NCBI GenBank assembly: GCA_021158405.1
Contig: JAGGUP010000099.1
Span: 1,211-65,210 of the forward strand
Source: Bacteroidales bacterium
GTDB taxonomy: Bacteria > Bacteroidota > Bacteroidia > Bacteroidales > UBA12170
Reading direction: 5' to 3'
DNA length: 64,000 bases
Below, in pieces: positions 61,733 through 64,000 of this stretch. Both the position numbers and the translations under genes were made by a program. The notes under the pieces were generated by a model, which was given only the letters and a program-made list of their open reading frames with translations, made no database searches and had not been told where the DNA came from. Within the stretch, counting starts at the first letter, position 1. Each line of letters begins with the position of its first letter.

Positions 61733-62683
61733 TTATGACTCTTCAGTTTTATTTACTTTGTCTTTTTTCTCGGCAGCACTTGTTTTCGCGCTAACTGTTT
61801 CTGTTGTTTTAGCTGCAGAAGCAACTTTTGCCGCTTTTTCCTTTTCTTCCTTCACGATTAGTTTCCTAACGGGAAAATTAATTTCGTGAATAGCATCGGT
61901 TGGGCAAACATCCACACATTTTCGACAAAGCTTACACTTTTCATAATCGATATATGCACGGTTGTTTTTCATCTCTATTGCGTCGAAAGCACAAACATTA
62001 AAACACTTTGCACATCCAATACAAGCCACTGTACAATTCTTTTTGGCAGGAGCACCTTTTTCTTCGTTTACACAAGAAACAAAGATGCGGCGTTCTTTTT
62101 TACCCACATTTCTGAGTTCAATAATATCGCGCGGACAAGCTTCAACACAAGCACCACAAGCCACACAATTTACATCTACTACAGGTAATCCCGTTTCAGG
62201 ATTCATATGGATAGCATCAAAGTCGCAAGAGGCAACACAATCGGCTAAGCCTAAGCAACCGTAACTACATCCTCCATCACCAGCATAAAGCACATGTGCA
62301 GAAGCACAGGTTGAAATACCATCATACTCAACTTTTTTTGGAGAATTGGCTAAAGAACCATTACAACGAATAACTGCAATTTGAGGTTCTGCTGCTTCCG
62401 CAACTAAGCCTAAAATACCTGCAACTTCCTGCATTACATCTGCTCCACCTACCGGACAGTTAAAGCCTTCCATAGCTCCAGCTTTTACTAATCCTTCTGC
62501 AAAGGCACGACAACCGGCATATCCACATCCACCGCAGTTTGCACTAGGTAATGCTTCTTCTACTTCGTCAATTCGCGGATCTTCATAGACTTTAAATTTT
62601 TGCGCGACAAAATATAAAATAATTGCTGCAACAACACCTATGGCACCTAAAGAACCAACTGCATAAATCAATACTTCGTTCAC
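61733..62683 (-). CDS. rnfB: Rnf subunit B
   Basis: N-terminal TM, LPSANCGGCGYAGC, polyferredoxin CxxCxxCxxxCP repeats. Confidence 0.94.
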   Translation of the reverse strand: MNEVLIYAVGSLGAIGVVAAIILYFVAQKFKVYEDPRIDEVEEALPSANCGGCGYAGCRAFAEGLVKAGAMEGFNCPVGGADVMQEVAGILGLVAEAAEPQIAVIRCNGSLANSPKKVEYDGISTCASAHVLYAGDGGCSYGCLGLADCVASCDFDAIHMNPETGLPVVDVNCVACGACVEACPRDIIELRNVGKKERRIFVSCVNEEKGAPAKKNCTVACIGCAKCFNVCAFDAIEMKNNRAYIDYEKCKLCRKCVDVCPTDAIHEINFPVRKLIVKEEKEKAAKVASAAKTTETVSAKTSAAEKKDKVNKTEES

Positions 62684-62957
62684 ATTTCAAAGTTTTAGTG
62701 AGGTTTATATTCCAAACCCTTTATTGATGCGCAAAAATATGAACAAATTTAAGAAGAGAGCACTTTTAAGCAAGCTATTTTTCAGCAAGTAAAACTCTGA
62801 TACAAAGTTGTTTAGCAGCTTTTTTAAAACGTATTACGCATCGAATAATGTACTTATCTACTGATTTACTGAAAGTTACATTCTATGTTTAGAATGATTA
62901 TAAATTTTTAAAACTCATCAGGAAGGAATATCTTTGCCTGGCATTTAAGCTCACAAG

Positions 62958-63266
62958 ATGAATGAGAAAATAAAACTTGATCTAACAGCCAGTCAGTTTT
63001 CCGCACTGGCACAGTGCATGTTAAGCATTGAAAAGCTTTATGGCGAAGATCCCGACAAAGAGATTATGGCGCGTTTTCTTTTAGGACGTGTGCTTAAAAA
63101 AATGATCAATCGCTTTCAGGATTTGAAAAAGAAAAATAAAATAAGTTTAAATAGTGCCGAAGCAGCTGCTTTTAGAACCATTATGAGTGTTCAAATTGAA
63201 AATTGTGGCATTTATGAACAGACTATTATTCGTGAAATATTATCTCAAATAGGAACTAAACAATAA
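62958..63266 (+). CDS. Hypothetical protein (102 aa)
   Basis: ORF preceded by a TATCTTTG -7 box at about 62929-62936, ending 8 bp before the PMM start. Confidence 0.7.
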   Translation: MNEKIKLDLTASQFSALAQCMLSIEKLYGEDPDKEIMARFLLGRVLKKMINRFQDLKKKNKISLNSAEAAAFRTIMSVQIENCGIYEQTIIREILSQIGTKQ

Positions 63267-63274
63267 CAAAACAT

Positions 63275-64000
63275 ATGAATGCTTTTAAGGCTTACGATAT
63301 CCGCGGTGTTTATAATCGCGATTTTAACAAAGACGATATATATAAAATAGGATTCTTTCTTCCCCGACTAATGAAATCGAATAAAGTGTTGGTTGGACGT
63401 GATGTACGAACTTCTTCACCAGAAATATACAAATACCTTACAAAAGGCATAACAGATTCAGGTGCTGATGTCTACAATACAGGATTGGCAACTACACCGA
63501 TGATTTATTGGGGAACAGCTCAATATGGTTTTGATGCTTCCGTAATGATAACTGCATCGCATAATCCCAAGCAATACAATGGTTTAAAATTCTCAGCAAG
63601 TAATGCCTTGCCCGTTGGTTACGATAGTGGCTTGAGCGATTTGGAGCAACTGGTTTTAAACGAAAAAATTGAACCCGCAACTGTAAAAGGAAAAATTATC
63701 GAAAACGATTATAGAGCCGAATATCTTGCTTTTCAAAAAGAGAAACTAAAAGATGTTTCGAATTTGAATATTGCCGTGGACGTATCAAACGGAATGGCCG
63801 GATTGTTTATCCGAGATATTTTAGGTGATAATGTGCATTATATTTTTGAAGATCTCGACGGAACTTTTCCCAACCACGAGGCAAATCCTTTAGAACCTGA
63901 AAATATTGTTGATGCTCAAAAATTAGTTAAAGAAACAAAGGCTGATATTGGAGTGATTTTTGATGGCGATGCTGACCGAGTGATGTTTGTCGATGAAAAT
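63275..64000 (+). CDS. Phosphomannomutase/phosphoglucomutase, 3' end runs off the window
   Basis: Open frame MNAFKAYDIRG...GRDVR...TASHNP...FPNHEANP...DGDADR with no stop before 64000, hence absent from the ORF track. Confidence 0.93.
   Translation, partial: MNAFKAYDIRGVYNRDFNKDDIYKIGFFLPRLMKSNKVLVGRDVRTSSPEIYKYLTKGITDSGADVYNTGLATTPMIYWGTAQYGFDASVMITASHNPKQYNGLKFSASNALPVGYDSGLSDLEQLVLNEKIEPATVKGKIIENDYRAEYLAFQKEKLKDVSNLNIAVDVSNGMAGLFIRDILGDNVHYIFEDLDGTFPNHEANPLEPENIVDAQKLVKETKADIGVIFDGDADRVMFVDEN

Overview
AT-rich (roughly one-third GC by eye) core-chromosome segment of a Bacteroidota bacterium, Bacteroidales/Marinilabiliales-like. The assignment rests on TAnnTTTG -7 promoters, a T9SS C-terminal domain, the zapA-6S RNA-rny synteny and an rnfBCDGEA operon. 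Most of the window is housekeeping: glmM, mntP, pepD, two thioredoxins, menAB, tag, glpD, xerD, tRNA-Arg(TCT), an ABC-F, an acyl-CoA synthetase, an RhlE-like helicase, aconitase, rny, aat, a tricorn protease, sucC, rnf and a partial PMM/PGM. I see no CRISPR array, prophage or intact IS. Leading candidates for uncharacterised biology: (1) an ECF sigma/FecR cell-surface-signalling locus whose STN-bearing partner is not a TonB-dependent barrel, flanked by a paralogue with an ECF-type promoter; (2) a coupled HU plus HU-TM-LysM pair that could tether DNA to peptidoglycan; (3) a stand-alone IS1595 zinc-ribbon/HTH protein with no catalytic domain; (4) an ABC-F with one coherently degenerate ATP site; (5) a DnaA-box cluster upstream of glmM; (6) a LytTR-type direct repeat upstream of a T9SS beta-helix/malectin protein. 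All family assignments come from motif recognition; no database searches were run.
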